This document shows, one piece after another, positions 40,186 to 50,407 of a DNA stretch of 64,000 nt. Origin of the DNA: an uncultured Nitrospinaceae bacterium (GTDB lineage: Bacteria > UBA8248); the NCBI GenBank assembly GCA_964005815.1, contig CAXFSR010000060.1, positions 8,559 through 72,558 on the forward strand, read 5' to 3'. Position numbers and translations under genes: made by a program. Every line of letters starts with the position of its first letter. Position 1 is the first letter of the stretch. The notes below the pieces were generated by a model. That model was not told the origin of the DNA and made no database searches. It worked only from the letters and a program-made list of their open reading frames with translations.

Positions 40186-40963
40186 AGACGAACAATCCAA
40201 ATTTGAGTTAGCTTCAGATCATACTTCTTCTCCTGAAGAAAGTGCTAAGGCTCTTGCAGACCATCAAATGGAAGCTATGGAAGAATTGCCTACTCATGCT
40301 ACTTTTGATCTAGTTGCCGGTGAAGAAGAAGTAAAAAAATCAGAAGAAATTCCTCTAATCATAGAAGAAAGTGAAGCAAAAAAAATAGTGGAAACTCTTC
40401 TTTTTGCTTCCAAAGAACCTCTCCGTGCACGTGATATTTCTGCCGTATTTAGAGGAGTAGAAAATATTGATGTAAAAAAAGTAAGAAAAATTCTTCTGGG
40501 TCTAGTAGATGAATATAAAGATAAAACCTTTCAAATAGTAGAGATAGCAGAAGGTTTCCAAATTAGGACTAGATCCGAATTTCATCCTTGGGTGAGAAAA
40601 CTTCTAAGAAAAGAAAAAAACAAAAAATTGTCTCAAGCTGCACTCGAAACACTTGCTATAATTTCATACAAACAACCTATTACACGAATAGAAGTAGAAG
40701 AAATCAGAAGAGTGGATTGTAGCGGTGTGATGAATACACTTTTAGAGAAAAATATAATAAAAACTATGGGAAGAAAAGATGTCCTTGGGAAACCTATAGT
40801 TTACGGCACTACTCCTTTATTTCTTAAACATTTTGGATTTAAAAGTATTTCTGACATGCCAAATCCAGAGGAATACCTTTCTGAAATTGGTTTAGAACAA
40901 AATCTCCAAAGCATAAACGTTATGGATAGTAACGGTGACAAAAACGACAATGAAAATAATTAA
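40178..40963 (+). CDS. scpB: Segregation and condensation protein B
   Basis: ETLLFA, LSQAALETLAIISYKQPITR.E.E.IR.V, GKPIVYGTT..FL..FG. Confidence 0.93.
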   Translation: MNKDEQSKFELASDHTSSPEESAKALADHQMEAMEELPTHATFDLVAGEEEVKKSEEIPLIIEESEAKKIVETLLFASKEPLRARDISAVFRGVENIDVKKVRKILLGLVDEYKDKTFQIVEIAEGFQIRTRSEFHPWVRKLLRKEKNKKLSQAALETLAIISYKQPITRIEVEEIRRVDCSGVMNTLLEKNIIKTMGRKDVLGKPIVYGTTPLFLKHFGFKSISDMPNPEEYLSEIGLEQNLQSINVMDSNGDKNDNENN

Positions 40964-41000
40964 TTTCTTTTATTTCAAAACCACTTAGAAAAAAATCACG

Positions 41001-41687
41001 TTGATTAAATTCCCAAAAAGTATTCGGAGATTCTTAGCTAGACACGGATCTAATGTTGGTTATTTCACAAGTAGAAATAGATTAGATAAGAGAATTGCAG
41101 AACTTTTTTCCTATAAAAGAAATGGTGTTTTCATCGAAGCTGGTGCAGCAGATGGTTTTATTGAATCACATACACTTCTTTTAGAAAAGAATTATGGTTG
41201 GACCGGTTTATTAGTTGAACCAGAACCAGAACAATTTAATTTTTGCAAACGATTCAGAAAAAATTGTATCGTGGAAAATTTTTTCCTTACTGATTTTTCA
41301 AATACTTCTTCAAAAACACAAATGAGAGATGCGCAACGTAGTTCAAGAAAAGTCGGACATAATTTAAATTCAGATTCAACTTACAACCGATTTAATCAAA
41401 AAATTATTGAAGAAACAAAGAATAAAACTTTTTTTGCAAAAAATACAAATTTAAAATCTCTACTAGAAAAACATTCTATTAATCAGGTTGATATAATGAT
41501 ACTTGACGTTGAAGGTGATGTTTTCGAAGTACTAAATGGATATGATCATAATTCGAAAATTATTGATTTTTTATTAGTTGAAGTTTGGAGAGACGATCTT
41601 TCACATTTTTTACAAATGGCTGAAGAAAAAAAATGGGAATATATTGGACCTTGGGGTGGTTCTGATCACCTTTTTAAGCTGAAATAA
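41001..41687 (+). CDS. FkbM-family methyltransferase
   Basis: GVFIEAGAADG, LE...GWTGLLVEP, LDVEG. Confidence 0.8.
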   Translation: MIKFPKSIRRFLARHGSNVGYFTSRNRLDKRIAELFSYKRNGVFIEAGAADGFIESHTLLLEKNYGWTGLLVEPEPEQFNFCKRFRKNCIVENFFLTDFSNTSSKTQMRDAQRSSRKVGHNLNSDSTYNRFNQKIIEETKNKTFFAKNTNLKSLLEKHSINQVDIMILDVEGDVFEVLNGYDHNSKIIDFLLVEVWRDDLSHFLQMAEEKKWEYIGPWGGSDHLFKLK

Positions 41688-41727
41688 GATTTTTCTTACA
41701 AAAAACCTTTTTAATGCAGGGCAACAA

Positions 41728-42654
41728 ATGAAATTTGGAATTATGGCATGTGGAGGAGTTGGGGGGGATTTTGGAGGCCTACTCGCAGCTTCAGGAAATG
41801 AGACTCACTTTATAGCACGAGGGGAACACCTGAAAGCTATAAAAAAAAGAGGCTTAAAAGTACAATGTATTGAACCAAAAGATTTCACAATTAAGGACGC
41901 TTCCTTCACAAACGATCCACAAGATGTCGGGCCTTGCGATGTTATCCTTTTTTGCGTCAAAACTATTTCCAATAAATCAACGATACCTGCTATCGCACCC
42001 ATGGTTGGAAAGAATACAACAATAATTAACTTACAAAATGGTGTAGATAATGAGAAACAACTTGCCGATTTCTATGGCAAAGAGAAAATTATGGGGGGTG
42101 CTGCGTATATTTTCACTTCGGTGACCGGACCAGGAGTTATTACTCAAATCGGAGGCCCCAGAAAATTTGTTTTCGGTGAATTAGATCGCACTTATACTGA
42201 AAGATCAGAAGAAATTCTTGATATTTTGAAAAAAGCAAAAATCAATGTATTTCTTTCTGATGATATTCAAAAGGAATTATGGACGAAATTTATTTTTATT
42301 TGTGCTGTCGGTGGCATGACCGCTTTAACACGCTCTTCAATCGGAGAGATTATGAAATATGAAGGCACGAAAACTATGACTCGATCTATGATGAAGGAAG
42401 TTTATGATATTTCAAAAGCCGAAGGAATAAATCTTCCTACAGGAACAGATGAAGACAGATTTAATTTTATTAAAGAACAAGACCCTTTAAGTAAGGGAAG
42501 TTTGTGTCATGATTTAGAGGCAGGAAAGATAACAGAGATAGATTCTCTTTGCGGTTTTGTTTCCAAGTTGGGAAAAAAACATAAAATTTCTACACCCATC
42601 AATGATTTTGTTTGTCATACAATTAAATTTCATGAATCTAAACAAAATAGGTAA
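41728..42654 (+). CDS. panE: 2-dehydropantoate 2-reductase (ketopantoate reductase)
   Basis: N-terminal Rossmann motif, CVKT, LQNGV, LWTKF, S..HDL..GK.TEID. Confidence 0.88.
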   Translation: MKFGIMACGGVGGDFGGLLAASGNETHFIARGEHLKAIKKRGLKVQCIEPKDFTIKDASFTNDPQDVGPCDVILFCVKTISNKSTIPAIAPMVGKNTTIINLQNGVDNEKQLADFYGKEKIMGGAAYIFTSVTGPGVITQIGGPRKFVFGELDRTYTERSEEILDILKKAKINVFLSDDIQKELWTKFIFICAVGGMTALTRSSIGEIMKYEGTKTMTRSMMKEVYDISKAEGINLPTGTDEDRFNFIKEQDPLSKGSLCHDLEAGKITEIDSLCGFVSKLGKKHKISTPINDFVCHTIKFHESKQNR

Positions 42655-42765
42655 TAAAAATAAAACATGTCTGTTCACTAGAATTTCCCCGCTTAATTTG
42701 AATATAATCATTTAAACAAAATTTCTAATTGAAATTGTTCTTTCTTTTTTCCAAAGGATCTTTGT

Positions 42766-43257
42766 ATGAAAAAATCAGATTCTAAAAAAAACAAGATTCA
42801 ATATTGGCTAATGAAAAGTGAACCAGAATCATATTCATTCGACGATTTACTCTCTGAGCCAAGTAGTCAGGCTTGTTGGGATGGAGTCCGTAATTATCAA
42901 GCTCGAAATCTGATGATTTCGATGAAAATCGGAGACCAAGCCTTTTTCTATCACTCTAATTGCAAGCCACCACATATCATTGGAATTGTCGAAATAGTTC
43001 GTGAATCATATCCCGATCATACAGCTCTAGATAAAAAATCTATCTACTATGATGCAAAAGCATCTAAAGAAAATCCAAGATGGTTTATGGTAGATGTGAA
43101 ACCAATAAAGAGACTAAAAAAAATTGTAACTTTAGAAGAACTCAAATCAAATCCTAAACTAAAAGAAATGCGTGTAACTCAGAAAGGACAAAGGTTGAGC
43201 GTACAGCCTGTAGAGAAAAAAGAATTTGATGAAGTAATCAAAATGTCTAATTTATAG
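42766..43257 (+). CDS. EVE domain protein
   Basis: YWLMKSEP, WDGVRNYQARN, FFYHS, RLSVQPV. Confidence 0.93.
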   Translation: MKKSDSKKNKIQYWLMKSEPESYSFDDLLSEPSSQACWDGVRNYQARNLMISMKIGDQAFFYHSNCKPPHIIGIVEIVRESYPDHTALDKKSIYYDAKASKENPRWFMVDVKPIKRLKKIVTLEELKSNPKLKEMRVTQKGQRLSVQPVEKKEFDEVIKMSNL

Positions 43258-43293
43258 ATAATATTTTTCAATTAATGCTTTGAGGGGAATCAT

Positions 43294-44157
43294 ATGAATG
43301 AAAAAAATGCCAAATATCGTTTTTTGTTAGTTCAAGCATTCGAGATACCTGGGAAAAGTAAATACTACGCTTCAAGAGCTAATCTTCCAAAAGAAGAAGC
43401 TTTAAGAAATTATAAAGACATTTCGCATTTACTTGAGGACGTAGATTGGGAAATACATCTTGGTGGTGTCCCTCAATATGGTGATTGGGCAGTAGAAAAT
43501 AGAGAAGAGTTTGCATACGCTGCTTCAGCCCGTCTTCCCGCCGTTCGTGAGGCTGCTGAAAGTGGAAAATATAACGGAATAATTCTCTTAGGGGGTGGTG
43601 AACCCGGTTTTCTTGAATCCAGAGAAATTTGCCGAAAAAATAACGTTGTCGTTACATCCTGTGGTTTTTCACAAATGCATATTGCTACCATGCTTGGCAA
43701 TAAATTCAGTGTTATAGATTTCGCCGAACCACATAATATGTATTACTACAATCTAGTCGTTCAACATCGCTTTGATAGAAGATGTGCTTCAATAAGAAAC
43801 ATTGGTTACTACCATCCAAGACCTGGTTACGACGGGGAACCAGACCTCACTCAAGAAAATATCAAAGCCTTAAACGGTGAACATTCAGATGCAGTTGAAA
43901 GGGCAGTAGAAGAAGCCGAGTCAGCTTTAAAAGAGGATGGCGCTGAAGTTTTAACTTTTGGATGTTCTGGTATGTTTTGGCTTCAACCTTTTTTACAAAA
44001 ACGATTATCTGAGTTGGGATGGGAAGTCCCTGTGCTCGAAGGATACAGCTGTTCAATCATGTTAGCAAAAATGATGGTCGATATGGGAATTAATGCAAGT
44101 GGTATTACCTTTCCAGGAGATAGACCTAAGAAAAGCCCTAGAAGAGTACTTTTTTAA
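43294..44157 (+). CDS. Asp/Glu/hydantoin racemase superfamily protein
   Basis: EPG..E.RE, LGNKFSVI, DGAEVLTFGCSGM, VPVLEG. Confidence 0.75.
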   Translation: MNEKNAKYRFLLVQAFEIPGKSKYYASRANLPKEEALRNYKDISHLLEDVDWEIHLGGVPQYGDWAVENREEFAYAASARLPAVREAAESGKYNGIILLGGGEPGFLESREICRKNNVVVTSCGFSQMHIATMLGNKFSVIDFAEPHNMYYYNLVVQHRFDRRCASIRNIGYYHPRPGYDGEPDLTQENIKALNGEHSDAVERAVEEAESALKEDGAEVLTFGCSGMFWLQPFLQKRLSELGWEVPVLEGYSCSIMLAKMMVDMGINASGITFPGDRPKKSPRRVLF

Positions 44158-44177
44158 TAAATACTTAATGATAAATT

Positions 44178-45284
44178 CTATCCTCCAACAGGAGGAGAGA
44201 ATTTATCTAAAATTCCTTTTTTTATTTCCAAACCAATACCAGGTTCTTCTGACAGGATCATTTCTCCTTTGTATATTTGATGTTTTATTTCAAAGATACA
44301 TTCCCACCAAGGCATATATTCACACCAAAAATCTTCGTTCTCTTTACTCATTAAATGAGCAGAAACTTCATGAAACAAATGAGAAGTAAGTGTTATAGAG
44401 TATTTTTGAGCTACCTCAGAAACTTTATTCCACCCAGTAATCCCAGAACATCTTTGTAAATCTGGCATTAAAAAATCTACACAATTTTCAGAAAGCAGTC
44501 TAAGCATGCCTCCAACATTATAATTTGTCTCGCCACTACAAATCGGGATTGTACTTTTTTTCCTGATTTCGCTACAAAGAAAATAATCCTCATGATCAAC
44601 GGGTTCTTCAATCCATGTCAAATTAAAAAGTTTTAAACTTTCAATCGCTTCAAATGCTTTTTCTCTACTCCAACCTTGATTTACATCAATCATCAAATTC
44701 ATTTCTTCACCTACGGCTTCTCGAACAGCGATAATTCTATCAATATCCTCCTGTAACTCGTCCTTCCCAACGCGCAATTTCATTCCCTGAAATCCTTGAC
44801 TTTTAAAAAATAACGCCTCTTCTTGCAATTGTTCCAATGAATAGTTTAACCATAATCCTTCACTTGCGTAGCAACGTATGTTTGTCCTCTTTCCACCTAA
44901 ATATTTCCAAAGGGGCATATCGAAAATTTTAGAGCTTATATCCCAACAAGCTGTATCTAGGGCAGCAATAGCCATTGCGCTTATCCCATCTCTGCCGACA
45001 AAACTTACAGAATTTCTCATACAATTCCAATTTTCTTCAAGTTTTGTAGAATCTTTTCCTACTAAAACTCCTGCCAGATCTCTAACCATTGCAACTATTG
45101 CTCGAGCGCGTTCTGCACCAAAAGCAAAACTCCATCCCAATCCTTCCAAACCGTCTTTCGTCCTAACCTTAACTAGACATGTCTCTACTGACTTCATGTG
45201 AAAAGTCGAAACATAAACAGGTTTTGCAAGAGGAATACTCAAATGAATAGGAGTAACACTTAAAATTTTAGAATCAAAAGACAA
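44178..45284 (-). CDS. Mandelate racemase/muconate lactonizing enzyme family enolase
   Basis: AALDTACWD, KLR, MIDVNQ, WIEEP, SGE, SH. Confidence 0.88.
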   Translation of the reverse strand: MSFDSKILSVTPIHLSIPLAKPVYVSTFHMKSVETCLVKVRTKDGLEGLGWSFAFGAERARAIVAMVRDLAGVLVGKDSTKLEENWNCMRNSVSFVGRDGISAMAIAALDTACWDISSKIFDMPLWKYLGGKRTNIRCYASEGLWLNYSLEQLQEEALFFKSQGFQGMKLRVGKDELQEDIDRIIAVREAVGEEMNLMIDVNQGWSREKAFEAIESLKLFNLTWIEEPVDHEDYFLCSEIRKKSTIPICSGETNYNVGGMLRLLSENCVDFLMPDLQRCSGITGWNKVSEVAQKYSITLTSHLFHEVSAHLMSKENEDFWCEYMPWWECIFEIKHQIYKGEMILSEEPGIGLEIKKGILDKFSPPVGG

Positions 45285-45436
45285 AGTTCTACACCTTTTT
45301 TTAAAGTTTGTATCTCATTCTGATTTATTACTGTAAAAAAGATAGATTAAAAGCTAGAAAGATTATAATTATTAATTTGCAAAAAAAACATGCTAACATT
45401 TAAGTTAGATTTCATTTTTTAATCAGGTACAATTAA

Positions 45437-46207
45437 ATGACCTCTTTAAGACTTCAGAAAATAATTGCACAAGCGGGTGTTGCTTCAAGGCGCAAAGCTG
45501 AAGAGTTTATCTCAAGTGGAGTTGTTAGTGTAAACGGTAAAATCATCCGTTCCTTGGGGACAAAAGCTGAACCCTTAATTGATTCTATTAAGGTAAATGG
45601 GAAATTAATAACGAAACGAGAAGGGTTACTATATCTAGTCATGCATAAACCTCGTTCTGTTCTAACTACTATGAGTGAAAATGAAGGCGAAACCCGTTTG
45701 CGGATTCCTGACTTTCTCCCAACAAAAAAAGCCAGAGTATTTCCTGTAGGAAGGTTAGATTTTGATGCAAAAGGTACCCTTATTTTGACAAATGATGGAG
45801 AACTAGCAAATCGGTTAATGCATCCAAAATATGAAATACAGAGAGTTTATATGGTAAAAATAGAAGGCATCCCAGACAAAAAAGATCTAGAAAAAATGGA
45901 ATCAGGATCCTGGGTAGCCCTTGAAAAGAATAAAGTGGGTAGCCAAAAAAGAAAAACAAAAAAAATTTTAAGAAGCGAAGTTGAAATTCTTCCTAAAAAA
46001 ACAAAAAAAAATACATGGCTTAGAATCAAACTTAGAGAAGGCAAAAATCATCAAGTTAAGAGAATGTGTGATGCTGTGGGCCATCCCGTGATACAATTAA
46101 ATCGTTATTCATACGCAGGAATTACAATTAAAGGTCTTTTGCCTGGAAAGATAAGACCTCTAAAACCTGAAGAAATCCTAAAATTAAAAAAACTTACTAA
46201 CTTATAA
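45437..46207 (+). CDS. rluB: rRNA pseudouridine synthase (RluB/RsuA family)
   Basis: S4 domain RLQK.IA..G.ASRR.AE; PVGRLD; EGKNHQVKRM. Confidence 0.88.
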   Translation: MTSLRLQKIIAQAGVASRRKAEEFISSGVVSVNGKIIRSLGTKAEPLIDSIKVNGKLITKREGLLYLVMHKPRSVLTTMSENEGETRLRIPDFLPTKKARVFPVGRLDFDAKGTLILTNDGELANRLMHPKYEIQRVYMVKIEGIPDKKDLEKMESGSWVALEKNKVGSQKRKTKKILRSEVEILPKKTKKNTWLRIKLREGKNHQVKRMCDAVGHPVIQLNRYSYAGITIKGLLPGKIRPLKPEEILKLKKLTNL

Positions 46208-46324
46208 AATTAAGTTTTCTACGTAATGAAAAAGTATTTTAGTAGGACAGTGTTCTAATTTTAACTAAAAATTTTACAAGAATTAGGATAAAATGATTTT
46301 TTCTAAAAAAATTCGGGTTTCCTT

Positions 46325-46888
46325 ATGAATAAAAATCTTACCTTAGCAAATAAGGTTACACTTGTGAGACTAATTTTGGTCCCCTTATTCGTTATGTCTA
46401 TCCTTTATGGATTTAAAGGTTATGCTTTGATTTTCTTTGCAATAGCTAGTATTGCAGACGGTGTAGATGGTTACTTAGCAAGGAGCAGAAACGAAATTAC
46501 ATTACTCGGAAGTATCCTAGATCCAGCAGCAGATAAAATTTTAATGCTCACTGCTTTTCTATTATTGTCTTCTTTTAATTATTTGCCCGTTTGGCTTGCA
46601 ATATTAGTAATTGGGAGAGACATAGTTCTGGTTTTAGGGTTTTTGATTCTTAGAACAATCACAACCTCTGATACTATAAAACCATCGTTCCTAGGAAAAA
46701 CAACAACAGTTTTACAAATGTCTACTATCATTTTTGTACTTCTGGTATCCTTATCATCAGACATAAAAAATCTTGATACTTTGTACATTTTATTTATACT
46801 TACAGGAATGTTTACCATTGTTTCAGGAATACATTATCTTTTCTTCGTTGGTTTACGTTTAATTGGAAAAGATTTTTTAAAAACTTAA
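46325..46888 (+). CDS. CDP-alcohol phosphatidyltransferase (PgsA-like)
   Basis: DGVDGYLAR...LG.ILDPAADK. Confidence 0.9.
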   Translation: MNKNLTLANKVTLVRLILVPLFVMSILYGFKGYALIFFAIASIADGVDGYLARSRNEITLLGSILDPAADKILMLTAFLLLSSFNYLPVWLAILVIGRDIVLVLGFLILRTITTSDTIKPSFLGKTTTVLQMSTIIFVLLVSLSSDIKNLDTLYILFILTGMFTIVSGIHYLFFVGLRLIGKDFLKT

Positions 46889-46906
46889 CTTTTTAAAGAG
46901 ATTCTC

Positions 46907-47983
46907 TTGGATAAAAACTCTCCATTTATGACCTGGAAAAGATTGTGGCTAGTAATAATTTTTTGTTTTAGTCTATGGGTCATTTTTTCTGCCCGTTCTG
47001 CACTTACTCCTATTATTTTCTCTTTTATTTTCGCTTATGCAACACAACCAATAGTTGAATTTCTTCATGATAGAAAGATACCTCGTGGATTTGGTATTTT
47101 AATAGTTTTGTTTATCTTTGCTTTTTCGTTAGTCCTTCTATTTGTAGGTCTGGCTCCTCAGGTGCAAAACCAGATTGAATCATTTTCAAGTAATATTCCA
47201 AAATATATTAAAATTTTAGAATTGTGGATTTTAAAATTTCTTATGAAATTAAAAATAAGTTCACAGGCAGAATTACAAAAATTCATCTCTGACAATTTAA
47301 ATCTAATCGTATCTGTTCCATTCAAAACTCTTCAAGCTTCGGGTAATTTTTTGCTTTCTACTACAAAGGGTATTTTCTCCATAGCTATGAGCATCTTATA
47401 TATAGGTCTTATTCCAGTAATTGTTTTTTATATCGGAAGAGATATGAAAGGAATTTCTCCAATTTGTTTACAATATGTACATCCTGACTATCGAAAAGAA
47501 GTAGAAAAACGTTTTTTCCGTTTGGATGAATTACTGTCTGCCTTTATCAAGGGGCAACTAATTGTAGGAATCATACTTTCTGTACTATATATGTCGGGTT
47601 TTTATTTTATGGATGTCCCCCTTTGGCTTTTACTTGGCATTCTAACAGGCCTTGCAAGTATGTTTCCTTATGTTGAATGGATTATAGCATTTCCTTTAGT
47701 AGTTCTTCTGACTATACTCCAACATCAAGATTGGACTCATTTCTTTGGAGTACTCTTAATTTTTGGGGTTTTATCAAGCTTAACTGGTATGTTCTTAGTT
47801 CCAAAAATTCTTGGAGAAAAAATTGGTTTACATCCGATAGTAATCTTGACTGCAATTTTAGTTGGTGGAGAGTTACTTGGCTTTATAGGGATACTGCTAG
47901 CTGTACCTTTGGCAGCAACAGCAAAAGTAGGCTTAGAAGCAGTCTATGACTATTATATTATCTCAAACGATAAAAATTCATGA
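46907..47983 (+). CDS. AI-2E (PerM) family transporter
   Basis: FIKGQ, PKILG...GLHP, G..G.LLAVP. Confidence 0.88.
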   Translation: MDKNSPFMTWKRLWLVIIFCFSLWVIFSARSALTPIIFSFIFAYATQPIVEFLHDRKIPRGFGILIVLFIFAFSLVLLFVGLAPQVQNQIESFSSNIPKYIKILELWILKFLMKLKISSQAELQKFISDNLNLIVSVPFKTLQASGNFLLSTTKGIFSIAMSILYIGLIPVIVFYIGRDMKGISPICLQYVHPDYRKEVEKRFFRLDELLSAFIKGQLIVGIILSVLYMSGFYFMDVPLWLLLGILTGLASMFPYVEWIIAFPLVVLLTILQHQDWTHFFGVLLIFGVLSSLTGMFLVPKILGEKIGLHPIVILTAILVGGELLGFIGILLAVPLAATAKVGLEAVYDYYIISNDKNS

Positions 47984-48502
47984 GGAAATCTTAATTTCCT
48001 GATCGCAAGCTCTTGCCATAAGAAATAATAAATCTGAAAGACGATTTAAGTAAATCATTAAATGTGGATTCTCTATATATCCCTCATCTCGTATTTTGAC
48101 TACCCAACGTTCTCCTCTTCTAATAATTGAAAGTGCAAGGTCAAGTGCTGAACCACAGGCAGATTCTCCAGATATGTACCAATCTTCTATTTTAATAACT
48201 TTTTCATATCTTTCGATCTGACAATCGATCCATTCCTCCATTTTCTTATTAATTCTTTCCTTAAGTAAAGAATTCTTTCCTCGAAGAGTTGCTAACTCTG
48301 CACTAATCACAAAAATATCTTTCTGTATTTTTAAAATTTCGGGTTTTAACCACTCGGGAGCATTCGTTCGGGCTAATCCAAGAGCTCCTTGAGATTCATA
48401 CATTGCACCATAAGCTTCAACTTGAGGATGATACTTAGAAACTCTGTCTGCAAACCATAAATCAGTTTCTCCATCGTCCCCACGTCTTGTAACAAGAGAC
48501 AT
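47978..48502 (-). CDS. pduO: PduO-type ATP:cob(I)alamin adenosyltransferase (divergent)
   Basis: TRRGDDGET, RVSK, AYG, RRGER, YLNRLSDLLF.MAR. Confidence 0.8.
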   Translation of the reverse strand: MSLVTRRGDDGETDLWFADRVSKYHPQVEAYGAMYESQGALGLARTNAPEWLKPEILKIQKDIFVISAELATLRGKNSLLKERINKKMEEWIDCQIERYEKVIKIEDWYISGESACGSALDLALSIIRRGERWVVKIRDEGYIENPHLMIYLNRLSDLLFLMARACDQEIKISS

Positions 48503-48523
48503 ACACTAATTCCTTTCAGTCAT

Positions 48524-49585
48524 TTACAATTTTTTTATAATTTCATTAGCAACAGATTTAGTAGAACCTGAACCCCCTAAATCCGGTGTAGTATTTCCTG
48601 AAGATAAATGCTCACGAACTGAAGCATCCAAACGGGAAGATGCTTTTTCTTCTCCAAGAAATTCAAGCATCATGGAAGCCGAAAAGAGTGTTGCTACAGG
48701 ATTTGAAATTCCTTTTCCCATTATGTCTGGGGCAGATCCATGAACAGGTTCAAAAAGCCCTGGAACTTTTCCGTTAGGATTGTAATTCGCACTTGCTGCA
48801 ATTCCTAAACCTCCTACAATACCTGCACCAAGATCTGTCAGAATATCTGCAAACAAATTCGTCGATACTACCACATCAAAAATTTCAGGCTTTCTCACAA
48901 AATCTAAAGCTGCAGCATCTACGAGAAGTTTATTTGTCTGCACTCTTTGATATTTTTTTTGTTTAGAAACTTCGTCGAAAATTTCATCCCATAAAACTAA
49001 AGTATGTCCTTGTGCATTTGATTTTGTCACACTGGTTACATGTTTTTTCCTTTTTAAAGAAGCTTCGAATGATTCTTCAATAATTCTTTTACAACCTAAA
49101 CGTGAAAAAATAGCTATTTGAGTCGCAATTTCATTAGGATAGCCTTCATAATGACGCCCTCCCATAGGACTATATTCCCCCTCGGTATTTTCACGAAAAA
49201 AAAGGATGTCTATATCCCCGGGGACGTAATCTCTGAGAGGAGATTTTAAACCTTTATAAAGAATAATTGGTCTCTTATTTACATACAAATCGAAACCTCT
49301 TCTTATCGGCAAAAGCAACTCATTTAGTGTAATATGATCTGGAATATCAGGCCTTCCAACTGCACCTAGAAGTATTGCATCAAACGTTTCTAGAGTAGTT
49401 AAATAATTTTCTGGACACATTTTTCCATGCTTGTGATAGAAATCGCTCCCCCATGGAAATTTCTTAAAATCTAATTTTAATTTTTTTTCAATCCCACATA
49501 GGGCCTGAAGAACGCGAACAGTTTCACCTATAACTTCAGGACCTATCCCATCGCCGGGAATTAGTCCTATGGAATGCTTTGCCAT
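48524..49585 (-). CDS. Tartrate/D-malate dehydrogenase-like (isocitrate/isopropylmalate DH family)
   Basis: PGDGIGPEV, PDHITL, RENTEGEY, TKSNA, NLFADILTD, FEPVHGSAPDI. Confidence 0.85.
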   Translation of the reverse strand: MAKHSIGLIPGDGIGPEVIGETVRVLQALCGIEKKLKLDFKKFPWGSDFYHKHGKMCPENYLTTLETFDAILLGAVGRPDIPDHITLNELLLPIRRGFDLYVNKRPIILYKGLKSPLRDYVPGDIDILFFRENTEGEYSPMGGRHYEGYPNEIATQIAIFSRLGCKRIIEESFEASLKRKKHVTSVTKSNAQGHTLVLWDEIFDEVSKQKKYQRVQTNKLLVDAAALDFVRKPEIFDVVVSTNLFADILTDLGAGIVGGLGIAASANYNPNGKVPGLFEPVHGSAPDIMGKGISNPVATLFSASMMLEFLGEEKASSRLDASVREHLSSGNTTPDLGGSGSTKSVANEIIKKL

Positions 49586-49711
49586 ATCAATTTCCTATAA
49601 GAAACAATTTAAATATTAAGTATATATACCCTTCAATTTATCACAAATTAAGATTATAAATAGATAAATGATTAAAATATTTACTTCTTCTAAATAGGTT
49701 CATTAATAATT

Positions 49712-50407
49712 ATGGAAATTTTTTCAAAAAAAATCATTCCCTCATCTTATGAAGCTGTTTCTGAAATCCAAGATGGATCCATAGTATCAATTGGTGGATT
49801 TGGAGGGATAGGAATCCCTGAGAACTTATTAGAAGCATTACTGAAACACGATGTGTGTGATCTAACAATAGTTTCGAATCATGCTGGTCAGGGAGAAAAA
49901 GGGTTGTCAGCTTTAATAAAACAAAAAAAAGTAAAAAAACTAATATGTTCTTATGCTTTTCACAAAAATTCTTATATTTTCCGTGATCTTTTTTTATCTA
50001 AAGAAGTAGAGCTTGAACAAGTCCCCCAGGGAACACTTGCGGAAAGATTAAGAGCGGGCGGTGCTGGAATTCCTGCTTTTTATACTAGAACTGCTGTAGA
50101 CACAGATTTTGAAAAAGGGAAAGAAACAAGAAATTTCAATGGGGAAAAAACCGTTCTGGAATTTGCTCTGCAAACTGACTTTGCTTTAATTAAATGTTAT
50201 GAAGCAGATAAACTTGGAAATCTAACTTACAGAGGAACTGCAGGAAATTTTAATCCTGTAATGGCAAAAGCCGCAAAAATAACTATTGCAGAAACAGAGT
50301 TATTATTAGAAGCAGGAGAAATCGAACCTGAATCCGTACAAACTCCTAGCGTTTATGTGAATAAAATCGTCGTTGGAGAAAATATTGAGCTTAGATCCGA
50401 AATATAG
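49712..50407 (+). CDS. 3-oxoacid CoA-transferase subunit A
   Basis: GGFG..GIPENL, PQGTLAERLRAGGAGIPAFY, NFNP.MA.A. Confidence 0.92.
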   Translation: MEIFSKKIIPSSYEAVSEIQDGSIVSIGGFGGIGIPENLLEALLKHDVCDLTIVSNHAGQGEKGLSALIKQKKVKKLICSYAFHKNSYIFRDLFLSKEVELEQVPQGTLAERLRAGGAGIPAFYTRTAVDTDFEKGKETRNFNGEKTVLEFALQTDFALIKCYEADKLGNLTYRGTAGNFNPVMAKAAKITIAETELLLEAGEIEPESVQTPSVYVNKIVVGENIELRSEI

